Part shown: positions 62,287 through 64,000 of the stretch, one piece after another | Layout of the letters: the number at the start of each line of letters is the position of its first letter | Position numbering within the stretch: the stretch's first letter is position 1 | Source of the DNA: Ginglymostoma cirratum | Taxonomy: Eukaryota | Length of the DNA: 64,000 nt | Direction of reading: 5' to 3' | Assembly: GCA_024137785.1 (NCBI GenBank) | Contig: JAHRHZ010000018.1 | Coordinates: forward strand, 32,281,307-32,345,306 | The notes under the pieces: generated by a model | The model's input: only the letters and a program-made list of their open reading frames with translations | What the model was told of the DNA's origin: nothing | The model's database searches: none | Made by a program: the position numbers and the translations under genes

Positions 62287-64000
62287 AAATGCTGACAGAG
62301 ATTCCTGTTAATGTTGTACATTAATGGCGACGGTGAATACTTAAGTGGACGTATGGTTTACAAGACAGAATTAAGGTCACGTCAGTGTTGCTATTGCCAT
62401 TTTAGCAATATCCTGGAACTGTAAGCAAATATTTGTAACAACATAGAGCCTTTATAATTCAGTATTTTAAATATTAAATTTGGGAACAAAAATTGACTCT
62501 CTTGCTTTGCAGTTATCCTGTCAATAAATATGTTTTAATAGAATTGTCCACTATTTTAATGTACATGTAAATAAGTTTACCTAAATATACATTTATTGCA
62601 CAGTTATATATGCAGTGCTTGCAGATAACGTTTCTTTGAGATTATTGGTATGGTATACATTTACAAGGAACAATGCATGTTTAATGTCTGAAGCAACTTT
62701 TCAGGCACTAGATTAATCTTCACAGTTTCAACACTACCACCCCTGAACTCCTTGACAATTGTGAGGCAAAGATTTATAACCTGTCATGTTTGAACATGTT
62801 ACTCAGAACCACACGATCTACAGCATGTCACAAGATAGTATTGTCAGTCTACCTTACATTATGTTGGTGGTAACTCACTTGAACTTTATTCTTATGGTCT
62901 AAGAAGATAGTCATCCCTTTACTGTCTTGTCACCTATAGTAGACTACTAAATATGAAATTAGTGACAACACCCGGTAGTTTACTTTTGATATAAAATGAA
63001 AAAAATCTATCTTGTTTACATTTCACTGAAAAGTCTTAGCCTGATCAATGTGTAAAAGAAAGGGAAACTCTAATCAACTTGAGTAACATTTTAGTGCCAA
63101 CGAATTAAACAGACCAGCTTGTTGATAAGTCTCACAGGCTGGAGCTGTACTATGGCTGCTCCTTGGACTGATAATTGTGGCCTGCAATGTGATTGAGACC
63201 AAAGTGAAATGATCTGGAGAGAGTCTTGTAGTATTTGCTTTTCTGCATACAGAAATCACATCAATATCTGACTCCTGAATTACATTACCTCTTTTTGCAC
63301 AGCAATACACCTAAAGTGCTTGTCGTCACACAAAAACATCAGTACATGCCAACCCCCTCCTTAACTATCACTATCTTGATTACTTCTCCACAGCATTTTG
63401 CAGTAAGAACATCTTTTGACAATTGTCTGAAAAAGCACAAGTTTGTCAATGAATTAAATGACTAATTTCTCAGATTTGTCAATGCCGCTAAAGCAGAAGC
63501 AATTTTTTTAGCTACAAGTTTAACAATTAATTTATCAACATTATAATTGGTTCTAAGAAATTTAATTTCCAAATCTTAAAAGTTATTTGGTCACTGACTG
63601 ATCATTACCATATTGATTTATTTGAAAAATGGATTACTAGAATTTTAGAAAGTGATCTGAAAACACACCAAACGTTTGGAGTCACAAAGATGTGAAAATA
63701 CCACAGAGAGTTCTTTTTGAACAGAGTGGTTGAGTTTCAGTGGGTTGGGTAGAAATGTCAGTTTGGAATTTTTCTAAATCTTTAGTTGATACCTGATTGC
63801 CAGGAACATCTGACTAATTTCAGTTCACAGGTTGTGAAAGAGAGATGTTTATCATTCTCTTAACTGTTGTTTAGCATTTCTCTTAATTGTTACTTTTATT
63901 GTTTGTTCTTGCCAAATTGCTGTCCGCCCCTCTTGAGTCAGTTGTCTCCTTGTTAGTGCGCAGTTCCACTGGTTCTGTGTTGCCCACAAATATTTAGCCC

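Overview
Eukaryotic, intron-rich, repeat-dense vertebrate DNA. The repeat families (HE1/V-SINE-like, DeuSINE-like, CR1, Penelope termini) point to a cartilaginous fish, probably a shark (inference). The + strand carries the last five coding exons of RCOR3 (CoREST3; 1060-25732), all with clean AG/GT phases, and its 3' UTR (to about 27480). Two CpG-rich promoter/first-exon-like islands lie downstream (about 40.3-40.9 kb and 47.4-47.8 kb); by vertebrate synteny they may belong to TRAF5, but no TRAF5 coding exon is visible. The rest is mostly decayed retroelements: CR1, L2, a Tx1/L1, a Gmr1-type Gypsy integrase and SINEs. The most striking hidden structure is a set of at least 12 Penelope-like-element (PLE) termini from about 5 sequence families, most carrying a minimal hammerhead-ribozyme motif (CUGANGA-stem-GAAA-..-UH). 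Several form 80-380 bp fold-back insertions, several have target-site duplications, one core is intact in the sense strand of an RCOR3 intron, and most others are broken by CpG-type mutations. PLE hammerheads are a known class; the local diversity, hairpin architecture and decay pattern are what merit follow-up. Repeat boundaries were read by eye and are approximate.
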